A DNA stretch of 32,000 bases from Ureibacillus yapensis (GTDB lineage: Bacteria; Bacillota; Bacilli; Bacillales_A; Planococcaceae). The DNA lies in NCBI RefSeq assembly GCF_003515775.1, contig NZ_QWEI01000009.1:73381-105380 (forward strand). The letters are read 5' to 3'. The notes under the pieces were generated by a model that made no database searches, was not told where the DNA came from, and saw only the letters and a program-made list of their open reading frames with translations. Of the stretch, positions 8,337 through 16,458 are shown in pieces (positions within the stretch are counted from its first letter, which is position 1; the number at the start of each line of letters is the position of its first letter). The position numbers and the translations under genes are program-made.

Positions 8337-8545
8337 AAAACTCCTCGCTTTATATCTTTTTTTATTATTCTTTATTATCCCTCAAAAGCATGGGGCTATT
8401 CTGACTTCTCCCATAATACATTCCATCTACCATTGATCAAGTGTGACTTTAATAATCCTGCTCTTAAGTTTAATTCCTTCGACTAATCTCCAAAAATATA
8501 CTAGCATTACCATAAGTATTTTATTTTTCTTGATATTTTTCCTCT

Positions 8546-8610
8546 ATTAAATGGCTCTTAATTGAAAACAAGCGCTAATCCGTATTACAGAATCGCGCCC
8601 GATTGTTGAG
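8546..8610 (-). repeat. dispersed hairpin repeat, long form
   Basis: attaaatggctc-ttaattgaaaacaa-GCGCTAATC-cgtattaca-GAATCGCGC-ccgattgttgag. Confidence 0.85.
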
Positions 8611-8715
8611 GATTGTTATTGAACTAAAGCCTCCGTTACTTTAAGTACATCTTTTCACAATATCCTAAATTAAATTTTTTAAACTTACAGGAATTGGGTT
8701 AATCCGCTATATTTA

Positions 8716-8738
8716 CCCTTTCGCCAAGAAAGGGCGCC
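8716..8738 (-). repeat. hairpin-only relative of the repeat / weak terminator
   Basis: CCCTTTC-gccaa-GAAAGGG-cgcc lies 40 nt after the stop of the serine hydrolase gene. No clear U-tract. Confidence 0.35.
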
Positions 8739-8777
8739 ACTTTTATTCTCGATATGCACACGTTAATGGAAGATACT

Positions 8778-9827
8778 TTAGTCTTCATGTTTCATAGACA
8801 TGGCAAGTCGCATCACCAGCCTTACAGGAGTTGCTGGGTTTTCCATTTGATTGACATCTCCAATAAAAAACATATCCTTTTCGGGATAGTAAAATGCTAA
8901 GGAACCTGTCGAACCAGAATGACCAATTAACTCACCTTTTCCCATAAAAAGAGTTGCAAGACCATTTAGTGGAACTCTCATATATCCAGCACCGTAATGA
9001 ATTGGAAGCATAGAAGCCTGCAACCTGTTATTTACTTTTAGTTCATGAAAAACAGTATTATTAAATAACTTTCCTTTAAAGAAAGACTTGATAAATACCA
9101 TTAATTCACGAGCCGTAGAAACACAACCGCCACTTGCGCGAATGCTCCTAAGTAATTTGGGACGGTATAAGGCAGTGTTCTTATAATAAACATACGGGAT
9201 AAAATCATCCTCATCTTTTGGGAGATAAGTATTTTTGAGTTCTAAAGGATCAAAAATTAATTGTCTATACACATCATCCAATGTTGAATTAGTAACCATT
9301 TCAATTATTTTTCCGAGGATTTCAAAGTTTATATTTGCGTAATGAGCTCTTTTTCCCATATCTGGTGCAAAGTGTGGTTTTATTTCCTTCGTCTTTATTA
9401 TGGTTTCATTAAAATCAATTTGCACATCCATATAAATAGCACGTTTTCTCGACTTATTGCTACCCTCCTCAATCACATCCCTCAATCCACTTGTATGAAA
9501 CAATAAGTTCGAGAGTGTAATTCTATTAGAATACTCTCGACCTTTGTATACGTGAAGGTTCCTTAATGTGTCTTTTTTTAAATATTTTGTTATTTCATCA
9601 TCCAGTGACAGTTTTCCCTGGTCTCTCAAAATAAAAATACAAGTGGTTGTGAACAGCTTTGTGATACTTGCAATAAAGAATGGCGTATCTACATTCTTAC
9701 CCCCGTACCCAAAACTGTATGAAACATCTCCATTGGAGTTTTCTACAAGAAGAACAGATTCATGTATTTGCTTTTTCTTTGTAACGTTTCCGAAAATTTT
9801 TTGGAATTTTTGTTTTTGAATTTCCAA
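8778..9827 (-). CDS. serine hydrolase, beta-lactamase/PBP4* family (class-C-like)
   Basis: SxxK (ASITK), YxN (YANIN) and HSG motifs. Start moved to a TTG 7 nt after GGGGGAGG, because the track start lies inside the SD. Confidence 0.85.
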   Translation of the reverse strand: MEIQKQKFQKIFGNVTKKKQIHESVLLVENSNGDVSYSFGYGGKNVDTPFFIASITKLFTTTCIFILRDQGKLSLDDEITKYLKKDTLRNLHVYKGREYSNRITLSNLLFHTSGLRDVIEEGSNKSRKRAIYMDVQIDFNETIIKTKEIKPHFAPDMGKRAHYANINFEILGKIIEMVTNSTLDDVYRQLIFDPLELKNTYLPKDEDDFIPYVYYKNTALYRPKLLRSIRASGGCVSTARELMVFIKSFFKGKLFNNTVFHELKVNNRLQASMLPIHYGAGYMRVPLNGLATLFMGKGELIGHSGSTGSLAFYYPEKDMFFIGDVNQMENPATPVRLVMRLAMSMKHED

Positions 9828-9860
9828 ATGGCTAACCTCCCCCAATGTTAATGTTATTCA

Positions 9861-9888
9861 TTACGATTTTGACTGATACCATTGTTCC
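9861..9888 (-). promoter_or_regulatory. weak ECF-like promoter candidate upstream of the serine hydrolase gene
   Basis: Minus strand reads GGAAC-N18-CGTAA. The spacer is one nt longer than in the sigma gene's own candidate promoter. Confidence 0.25.
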
Positions 9889-9949
9889 ATTAAATGGCCC
9901 TTTAATGAAAAAAGCACTTTCCTTATTTAAGGAAAGCGCCCTTTAATTT
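9889..9949 (-). repeat. dispersed hairpin repeat, long form (best-folding copy)
   Basis: attaaatggccc-tttaatgaaaaaag-CACTTTCC-ttatttaa-GGAAAGCG-ccc-tttaattt. Minus strand: GCGCUUUCC/GGAAAGUGC (9 bp, one G:U) then U6. Contains the stop codon of 9943..10368. Confidence 0.9.
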
Positions 9950-10368
9950 AATAAATCTAAAACCACTTCTGTAATCCTTTGCCTTAATACTAATTGAGCT
10001 TTTCTAGCTGTTATATTTAAGTCTTCAATATCTTCTGTTTGCTCTTCCCAAGATAATTTGGTTTCATTTTCTAATTTAACCACTTCATCCTCTATCCAAT
10101 TTCGATAATCCTTATAAATTTTTTCAGCTTTTAATTCGCTTCTGAATAGATTAGGTACCTGATAATGTAAACTGGCAAGCTGTTTTTGGAATTCTATTTC
10201 TCCTTGTTCATTTATCATTTTATTAAATTCAAAAAGTAGTTCTTCTATTAGTTTTTTAGGAAACTTTTCATGTTTCATTTTTTGTTCTAAGTTAGATACA
10301 GTAATTTCATCTAAATTATTATTCTTAATACTTAAAAAATCATTAAAGAATTTATTAAGCTTGCTCAC
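9943..10368 (-). CDS. hypothetical helical cytoplasmic protein
   Basis: ORF of about 141 aa. Start moved to a GTG 8 nt after GGGGAGG. No family recognised. Confidence 0.5.
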   Translation of the reverse strand: MSKLNKFFNDFLSIKNNNLDEITVSNLEQKMKHEKFPKKLIEELLFEFNKMINEQGEIEFQKQLASLHYQVPNLFRSELKAEKIYKDYRNWIEDEVVKLENETKLSWEEQTEDIEDLNITARKAQLVLRQRITEVVLDLLN

Positions 10369-10444
10369 AAAAAACACCTCCCCTAATAACTACGATTATA
10401 TCAGTTGGAAGCTATTATAGAATCATAATTACACATTAAAGTTA

Positions 10445-10475
10445 TTCAACAATCTGGCCCGATTGCTGAATAAGG
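10445..10475 (-). repeat. dispersed repeat, short form (termini only, no hairpin core)
   Basis: TTCAACAATCTGGCCCGATTGCTGAATAAGG equals the left arm joined to the right arm of the long form, fused at GCCC. Confidence 0.8.
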
Positions 10476-10552
10476 ATTGTGCCGTAACTGTTGAGTTTTG
10501 AATACTTATAGAAAATTAAAAAGAGGCTGGGACATAACTAGCTTCAAATATT

Positions 10553-10600
10553 GAGAAAGGTGAATTGAGCGTCCTCAATTTCACCTTTCTCTGTTTTTTG
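10553..10600. terminator. strong hairpin terminator downstream of uxaC, with its T-run on the plus side
   Basis: GAGAAAGGTGAATTGAG-cgtc-CTCAATTTCACCTTTCTC then tgttttttg on plus. On minus the tail is AATATTTGAAG. Confidence 0.7.
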
Positions 10601-10801
10601 CTATTAATTCTTATGAAGCAGATTTAAACAAGTGCATACTTTCATTCGCTCGACAAGGTCCACCACGTGTTGCTCGGTAAAGACGACACCGACTTTTTCC
10701 AACGCGTCTACCGTTTGGAAGACGATTCTCAATCACCAGGTATTCGGATTCTTCTATGTTTACAAACTACGCGACAAGCGGTCCATTTTTTCGCTTTCGA
10801 A

Positions 10802-12232
10802 TCAGTTCGGCGCTAGTGAAGACTTTAGGTTAAAATCAAAGTATTCTTGTGCGTTATTATAAGAAATATCCTGAACGATTTGACCTAACCAGGCTAAATC
10901 ATTTGGGTATTCTCCATTTTCAACCCAATTGCCGACAATATTGCACAATATTCTTCTAAAGTATTCATGGCGGCTATAAGATAAAAAGCTCCGTGAATCC
11001 GTCAGCATCCCGATAAATCTGGATAATAATCCGAGATTCCCAAGTACCTTCATTTGCGCCTCCATACCGTCGATGTGATCATTAAACCACCAGGCGGATC
11101 CGAACTGTACTTTCGATGGGATACCTCCTTCTTGGAAATTACCGGCCATCGCAGCCAGTACCTCATTATCTTTTGGATTCAGGCCATACAAGATGGTTTT
11201 TGGAAGGTTGTGTTCCCGGTCAAGTTCATCCAGTAATTGTGAAAGAGGTACGGCAATCCCCCCATCGCGGAAAGAGTCTGCACCCACATTTGCTCCAATT
11301 GCACGGAACAAGCGCGAATTCGCATTTCTCAATGCCCCAATATGATATTGCATTACCCAGCCCTTCTTGTGATAGGCTTTACCGAGATTTACAAGGAGCT
11401 GTGTTAAAAATTGATTGTTTTCCTTTAATGAAATGGGCTCATTGTTCAATGCATTGTGTACAATCGCATCAAGTTCTTGCAATGTAGCTGGTTCATAGAC
11501 AACTGTCTCGATACTGTGATCAGATAATTTACAGCCGATTTCATTGAAATAATCGATCCGGCTTTCCAACGCACGCATGAGGTTCGAGAAATCTGTAATC
11601 TCAATTCCGGTCAGCTGTCCAAGCTTACCTGCATACTCTGCCCATAATTGCGTCTGTTGAATGGCCATGATGGCATCCGGACGAAATGCCGGCAACACGG
11701 TAGTCGAAAACTCTTGATCCTCTTGAATCATCTTATGATAACGCAAATCATCAATCGGATCGTCTGTTGTACCTATCAGTACGACGTTTGACTGTTCGAT
11801 TAAACGTCTTGCCGAAAAGTCGGGGTCTTGAATCTTCGCATTACATGCATCCCAAACCTCTTTGGCAGTCGCCCCTTTCAGGATCGTATCCACCTGGAAG
11901 TATCGTCTTAGCTCCATGTGTGTCCAATGGTAGAGCGGGTTTCCCATCAGCTTTTCTACGGTTTCAGCCCATTTGACAAATTTCTCGTAGTCATCTGCTT
12001 CCCCCGTAATGTAATATTCGTCTACTCCATTTGCTCTCATCGCGCGCCACTTGTAATGGTCGCCGCCAAGCCACAACTCCGTGATATTTTTATATCTTTT
12101 ATTTTCATAGATTTCACGCGGGTCCAAGTGGCAATGGTAATCATAAATTGGCATTTTAGCAGCAAAGTCGTGATAGAGCACTTTTGCCGTATCTGTTTGC
12201 AACAAAAAATCTTTATCCATAAAGGTCTTCAA
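10802..12232 (-). CDS. uxaC: glucuronate isomerase
   Basis: N-terminus MKTFMDKDFLL...PIYDYHCHLDPREIYENK...GDHYKWRAMRANG is the UxaC signature. 476 aa. TTG start 9 nt after GAGGAG. Confidence 0.95.
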   Translation of the reverse strand: MKTFMDKDFLLQTDTAKVLYHDFAAKMPIYDYHCHLDPREIYENKRYKNITELWLGGDHYKWRAMRANGVDEYYITGEADDYEKFVKWAETVEKLMGNPLYHWTHMELRRYFQVDTILKGATAKEVWDACNAKIQDPDFSARRLIEQSNVVLIGTTDDPIDDLRYHKMIQEDQEFSTTVLPAFRPDAIMAIQQTQLWAEYAGKLGQLTGIEITDFSNLMRALESRIDYFNEIGCKLSDHSIETVVYEPATLQELDAIVHNALNNEPISLKENNQFLTQLLVNLGKAYHKKGWVMQYHIGALRNANSRLFRAIGANVGADSFRDGGIAVPLSQLLDELDREHNLPKTILYGLNPKDNEVLAAMAGNFQEGGIPSKVQFGSAWWFNDHIDGMEAQMKVLGNLGLLSRFIGMLTDSRSFLSYSRHEYFRRILCNIVGNWVENGEYPNDLAWLGQIVQDISYNNAQEYFDFNLKSSLAPN

Positions 12233-13783
12233 TTAAATCGTCTCCTCTTTAATCTTCTCTGCTTGAGGATAGCCAACAGGCTGTTGGTCATTCCACAAGT
12301 CTTCATACTTATACCCCGTAAGTGTTTCCACAACTTCTTTTGTTTTTGGATCGACATCTTCTTTACTGCCGTTGTCTTTCAAACGGTTGACTTCATCCAC
12401 AAGAATACCGTGTGTTTCTTTGTTTAATTTAAATGTGAAGGCAGTAATTAGCGCCACAAGAAGCAGTCCAACCACTCCAACGAGCATAATGCCTATAATC
12501 GTATGAACTGCGCTGTCAGGCTGCGTCGATGCGTTTTGGACAAATCCACCGCCCTCCAAAATTGCCCCTACCAGGAAAGTAGCAAGCGCAACGGAAGACT
12601 TTCTAAAGAAAGTCATTACTGAGGCAAAGATTCCTTCGCGTCTTTGTTTCGTAATCATTTCGTCTATATCCGGAATGAATGGGAATGCATTCCAAGGGAC
12701 AAACTCCAGCATACTTCTTCCGATTTGATAGAAGAACGAAATAATGACTAATGTCAGGATTAAGTTGCTTGGATTTAAGAAATACACTGCCGCATAACCG
12801 AAAACACAAAGAATCATTGTTGAATAAGAAATTTTCGCCAAGTTTGCAGGCCCTATCTTGATTATTACGAATCCATAAATGATGGCCCCAGGAATTCCAA
12901 TAATACTTAAAGAGAGTAAATTAGCCGCAACTTCCGACGAACTATTCAACGCATAAACACAGTAGAAAACAAATACTGCGTTAAACGCATCTTTCGCTGT
13001 CATCGAGCTAATATACATCAATAAATGTTTTCGGAAACTCTTTACTTTGAAGGTAGAGGCATAATCAACCATGGTTTGGGCAATCACCTTTAGTCGATCA
13101 GCAAAGCTTATTTTCTCATTCTTTTGATCGGCAAATTGCTGCATTACCTCCGGCGGCACTTCCCGTTCCCAAGTGGTGCGGTAAGAGATATAAACACAAA
13201 CAGCGAAGATAACCGCGAAGATGGCGCCGTTAATTAAAAATGCCGTAGAACTATCTTGGCCAAGCATACCAAATAATTGACCTGGAATAAAGGTTGCCAA
13301 AAATGTACCAAGCCCTGAAATAAACATTCTTGCAGTCGAAAGTTTTGTTCGCTTATTAAAATCAGTTGTCATTTCGGATGGAAGTGTCTCCCACGGAATC
13401 AATACCATGGCCGCAATAATTTCAAAAGCCAAGTATGTGAACAGATAATAGTAAAAGCTCATACCGTCTACCCAAAGCAATACATAGACGAGCATCAATG
13501 GAGAGCCTATGAGCAAGAAAAATCTCCGTCGCCCATATTTCCGGCCCAATTTGAATTTAAAAAAGTTATCCGAGATGGGTCCTACAAATAAACTGACGAC
13601 AGCATCCACAATCCTGGCAATCGCAATAATGGAAGCAGCCTGAACCGGCGATAAGCCGGCATAAGTTGTAAAGAAGAATAGCAGCCAAGCTCCAATTATG
13701 GTAAACGCTCCACCGCCCATCATGTCGGTCAATCCAAATCCAACACTCGTTCTGAGCGTAATTTCCTTATTTTTTCTAGGCAT
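12233..13783 (-). CDS. GPH-family glycoside/pentoside/hexuronide:cation symporter (YjmB-like)
   Basis: 12-TM MFS-like profile with FGLTDMMGGG and RRRFFLLIG motifs. Abuts uxaC. ATG 7 nt after GGAGGG. Hydrophilic C-terminal tail of about 60 aa. Confidence 0.9.
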   Translation of the reverse strand: MPRKNKEITLRTSVGFGLTDMMGGGAFTIIGAWLLFFFTTYAGLSPVQAASIIAIARIVDAVVSLFVGPISDNFFKFKLGRKYGRRRFFLLIGSPLMLVYVLLWVDGMSFYYYLFTYLAFEIIAAMVLIPWETLPSEMTTDFNKRTKLSTARMFISGLGTFLATFIPGQLFGMLGQDSSTAFLINGAIFAVIFAVCVYISYRTTWEREVPPEVMQQFADQKNEKISFADRLKVIAQTMVDYASTFKVKSFRKHLLMYISSMTAKDAFNAVFVFYCVYALNSSSEVAANLLSLSIIGIPGAIIYGFVIIKIGPANLAKISYSTMILCVFGYAAVYFLNPSNLILTLVIISFFYQIGRSMLEFVPWNAFPFIPDIDEMITKQRREGIFASVMTFFRKSSVALATFLVGAILEGGGFVQNASTQPDSAVHTIIGIMLVGVVGLLLVALITAFTFKLNKETHGILVDEVNRLKDNGSKEDVDPKTKEVVETLTGYKYEDLWNDQQPVGYPQAEKIKEETI

Positions 13784-13816
13784 CAATACGCCCTCCTTTT
13801 ATTTAGTTTTATAAAA

Positions 13817-14143
13817 TCAAAATGGTATAAAGTGATAGCAGACGACTTTCACGCCAAATTGACTTAAATTTTTCAAGGTTTCTTTAAGTTCTGAATATAT
13901 TGTTCTCTTGGAGGCAATCCGAGTTTAATATCTTCTAGAAGATTCACACTCTCCATCACTTTGGTATGTAAGCCTTACGCGTTGGCCTGCTTTACCACTT
14001 CTTCAATCCTTTCGAGCGGCTAAACCTATTCTGCAGGTACATCTTGCAGCACCCATACGAACCTTTAATCCAACAATTCGGCAATGTTATTTTAGCGAGA
14101 TCGAGTCATTGCCTACTCCGCACCATCAAAAGGCCATTTGCAT
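13817..14143 (-). pseudogene. uxuA: mannonate dehydratase remnant (N-terminal third, multiply disrupted)
   Basis: Minus-strand translation gives MQMAF*WCGVGNDSISLK*, then DVPAE*V*PLERIEE, then [25 protein letters not shown], then ETLKNLSQFGVKVVCYHFIPF*. This parallels the UxuA N-terminus (MKMTFRWYGEGNDSITLEQ...[24 protein letters not shown]...VVCYNFMPVFDW). At least 6 premature stops and 2 frameshifts; truncated near residue 115. Confidence 0.8.
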
Positions 14144-14158
14144 ATTGTTGGCCTCTAC

Positions 14159-14851
14159 TTATTCAGATGAATAGAAATATTCTGGAAACTCGTGAAGCAG
14201 AATTTCCTTTTCAAACAGCATCAATCTCATATGTTCTTCCATAAGCTCGACTGCCCTATTTTTATCTTTTTCAGCAATGGCTTGATATATTTCCTTGTGA
14301 TGGGCCAGTAACAATGCCCAGTCCAAATCTTTTGTATCGATTAATCGCAACAATCGAAAGCGATTTAAATGACCTGCTATATTCTGAATCATTTTCCATG
14401 TCCGTTCTTTTCCACAAGCGATAAATAACTCTTTATGAAAATGCTCATCCAAGTCATGAAATTTATCGATTTGTTTTACCTGTTTATGATTGTTTACATG
14501 ATGCTCTTGCATTTTTAAGTTGACTTCAAGATTGAAGATAGATTTTTCTGCAACGTGGTCACAACATAGTTCGACAATCTTTGTCTCAATGATCTCCCGC
14601 ACAAACCGAGCCTCTTCAGCAAGATCCAAATTGATGAGTGAAACAAACGTACCTCTCTGCGGGACAATCGTTAACAATTCTTCCTCGGCTAATTTCAAAA
14701 AAGCTTCCCTTATTGGCGTGCGGCTGACATTCAATCGATCAGACATCGCTTTTTCGGAAATTTTGGTTCCAGGAGTTAACTTTAATTTTAAAATTCCTGT
14801 TTTTATTTCTTCATAAGCAAATTCTTTTGCGTTTACGATATTGTTTACCAT
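14159..14851 (-). CDS. GntR-family (FadR/FCD subfamily) transcriptional regulator, UxuR/ExuR-like by context
   Basis: wHTH motif ISEKAMSDRLNVSRTPIREAFLKLAEEELL plus a helical FCD-type C-terminal domain. Start moved to MVNNIV, with AAGAGGAAG 7 nt upstream. Confidence 0.9.
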   Translation of the reverse strand: MVNNIVNAKEFAYEEIKTGILKLKLTPGTKISEKAMSDRLNVSRTPIREAFLKLAEEELLTIVPQRGTFVSLINLDLAEEARFVREIIETKIVELCCDHVAEKSIFNLEVNLKMQEHHVNNHKQVKQIDKFHDLDEHFHKELFIACGKERTWKMIQNIAGHLNRFRLLRLIDTKDLDWALLLAHHKEIYQAIAEKDKNRAVELMEEHMRLMLFEKEILLHEFPEYFYSSE

Positions 14852-14931
14852 CCATCTTCCTCTTTCTTTTATATACTGCATTCCGTATATCAAAAGGGAA
14901 TGAAAATCACCCTCCTTTCCATCCTCAGTTG

Positions 14932-14953
14932 CCATACTAGTATACTAATATGG
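14932..14953. promoter_or_regulatory. 22-bp near-perfect palindrome, candidate GntR-family operator
   Basis: CCATACTAGTATACTAATATGG is symmetric at 20/22 positions, with a central GTATAC core as in enterobacterial UxuR/ExuR boxes (from memory). Lies just downstream of the candidate -10. Confidence 0.6.
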
Positions 14954-14966
14954 TAGTTATTAACCC

Positions 14967-14996
14967 ATTATAAAAAAGCAATCCACAATTTGGCAA
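14967..14996 (-). promoter_or_regulatory. candidate sigmaA promoter of the hexuronate operon
   Basis: Minus strand reads TTGCCA-N18-TATAAT. Confidence 0.55.
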
Positions 14997-15168
14997 GCGC
15001 TTTCATTTATATTTTTGGAATTTTAAGAATACCAATCCATTCATCCAGCTTCATAAAACATATAACATCCCCTCCTAAATTGATGAAACGGAGACTTCCA
15101 TTTCCAAGTTGGTCAGATGCACATATAAATAATCATGTGATTGATTTTTACCTTTAGCACAAGGTTCA

Positions 15169-15429
15169 TTAATTCATGATGTGTACATTTGGCAATGCGA
15201 TTGATTCTAAAAATGCTGTATAAAAACCAAATACACTTATGCCATCCGGAACTGTTACAGGATTGTTGATGGCATTTGCAATAAATTCACTGGCATTAAA
15301 TTGACCACTCGTTATTTTCCCCTCAATAGCAACAAGGAAACCAAAGCCTAAATAAAGTCTTAATATTGTAAGAATGGAAGCAGCAATATTGTTATTCTTC
15401 ATTTTGGGAGACTGAGAGTATTCAATCAT
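15169..15429 (-). pseudogene. DoxX/DoxD-like membrane protein, N-terminal half only
   Basis: ILRLYLGFGFLVAIEGKITSGQFNASEFIANAINNPV...FYTAFLESIALPN parallels DoxX-family N-termini, which run to about 150-170 aa. The ORF stops after 86 aa, has no continuation in other frames, and has poor SD spacing. Confidence 0.45.
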
Positions 15430-15490
15430 CCTTATTTATTAATTATTTTGCATATTTTTTTGGAAGAATCGGACATTCGAGATTTTCCAT

Positions 15491-15709
15491 TCACCTTTTT
15501 ACTCTAAAAAAAAGAGAATCATCGTTAAATGATCCTTTAAATTTTCCAAACAGCATTCCATATTCACATTCGGCGATTTGCCCCATTTCCTTTTCATCGA
15601 GTGAAAAATCAAAGATGGACAAGTTTTCAAGTTGACGTCCTTTGCCATTCGCTACCTCGATTTCTTTTAGTATGATTGTATATCCCACTTTTATATTGAT
15701 TGGCAGCAA
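15491..15709 (-). pseudogene. possible aldo/keto reductase C-terminal remnant
   Basis: GRQLENLSIFDFSLDEKEMGQI resembles the AKR C-terminal ..EN..IFDFELS.EDM..I motif. No N-terminal barrel and no SD. Confidence 0.25.
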
Positions 15710-15720
15710 TTAATTCTAGA

Positions 15721-15773
15721 AGCCATTAACCTCTTTGCTGATTTCTCTAAATAAACGCGCCCGATTGTTGAAC
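15721..15773 (-). repeat. dispersed hairpin repeat, degenerate long form
   Basis: gctgatttctctaaataaacgcgccc-gattgttgaac. Ends 17 nt from the stop of the GNAT gene. Confidence 0.6.
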
Positions 15774-15789
15774 AACATATACCTTTAAC

Positions 15790-16242
15790 CTATATATCTT
15801 GAGATAAACGAACCATATCCTTGCACTGAATCCCATTTTCAAAAATTTCTTCTGGATAGTGCCTAACAAAAAAATCCCTATCAACACCAACTATTCTAAA
15901 GCCACATTTTTGATAAAGCGCCAGTTGCCCTATGCTAGAATTTCCAGTTCCAATTTCAATTGTTTTGTAGCCTTTTGTCTTAGCTACCCTAATTGCATTC
16001 ATTACCAACCGTTTGCCTATACCTCTACCATGTAGTTCATCTATGACTGCGACATTCACAAGTTCCACTGTCTCTGGTCTAGTTGGAAGTAACACATAAA
16101 CTCCAATAATTTGCTGTTCTATTTCAGCTATAAAACATTCACCTCTATTAACATATTCCTCAACAATTTCTCTTGATGGATCAGCCAATAATAGCAATTC
16201 CATTGGAAGTTTTTCACCCTTATCAAGTTTCCTAATATCCAT
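15790..16242 (-). CDS. GNAT-family N-acetyltransferase
   Basis: Acetyl-CoA motif VIDELHGRGIGKRLV. Start moved to MDIRKL (AAGGAG 7 nt upstream). The track's 5' extension runs through a repeat copy. Confidence 0.85.
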   Translation of the reverse strand: MDIRKLDKGEKLPMELLLLADPSREIVEEYVNRGECFIAEIEQQIIGVYVLLPTRPETVELVNVAVIDELHGRGIGKRLVMNAIRVAKTKGYKTIEIGTGNSSIGQLALYQKCGFRIVGVDRDFFVRHYPEEIFENGIQCKDMVRLSQDI

Positions 16243-16316
16243 TTTAATCTCCTTTATTAACTTCTGATTTCTTTGACTATAAGTATACTTCTTCACAATA
16301 CCTTTTCGCGTTACTA

Positions 16317-16384
16317 AAGAATCTGGCCCTTTAATGGAAAAAGCACTTTCCTTATTATTCAAGGAAAGCGCCCGATTGTTGAAG
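16317..16384 (-). repeat. dispersed hairpin repeat, long form (near-consensus)
   Basis: aagaatctggccc-tttaatggaaaaag-CACTTTCC-ttattattca-AGGAAAGCG-cccgattgttgaag. Lies 75 nt downstream of the stop of 16459..16986. Confidence 0.9.
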
Positions 16385-16458
16385 ATTTTTATTCAACTAA
16401 CGATCCTAATTAGCACAATAAGAAAACTCAATCTCTCATTTTATATGAAGTAATTAAA

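Noticed and set aside
11116-12427. Long plus-strand ORFs inside uxaC and the transporter gene (11116..11487, 11918..12427, 11767..11976, 11054..11236).
   Set aside because: These are antisense shadow ORFs within confidently identified minus-strand genes of higher GC. They have no RBS and their composition is low-complexity or atypical.
16243-16362. The N-terminal 40-aa extension of the GNAT ORF in the track. Similar extensions occur on the GntR (14852-14935), SAP (28472-28486), serine hydrolase and SASP-like ORFs.
   Set aside because: The extensions contain a repeat copy or the gene's own SD sequence. Internal starts have properly spaced GGAGG-type RBSs and give family-typical N-termini.
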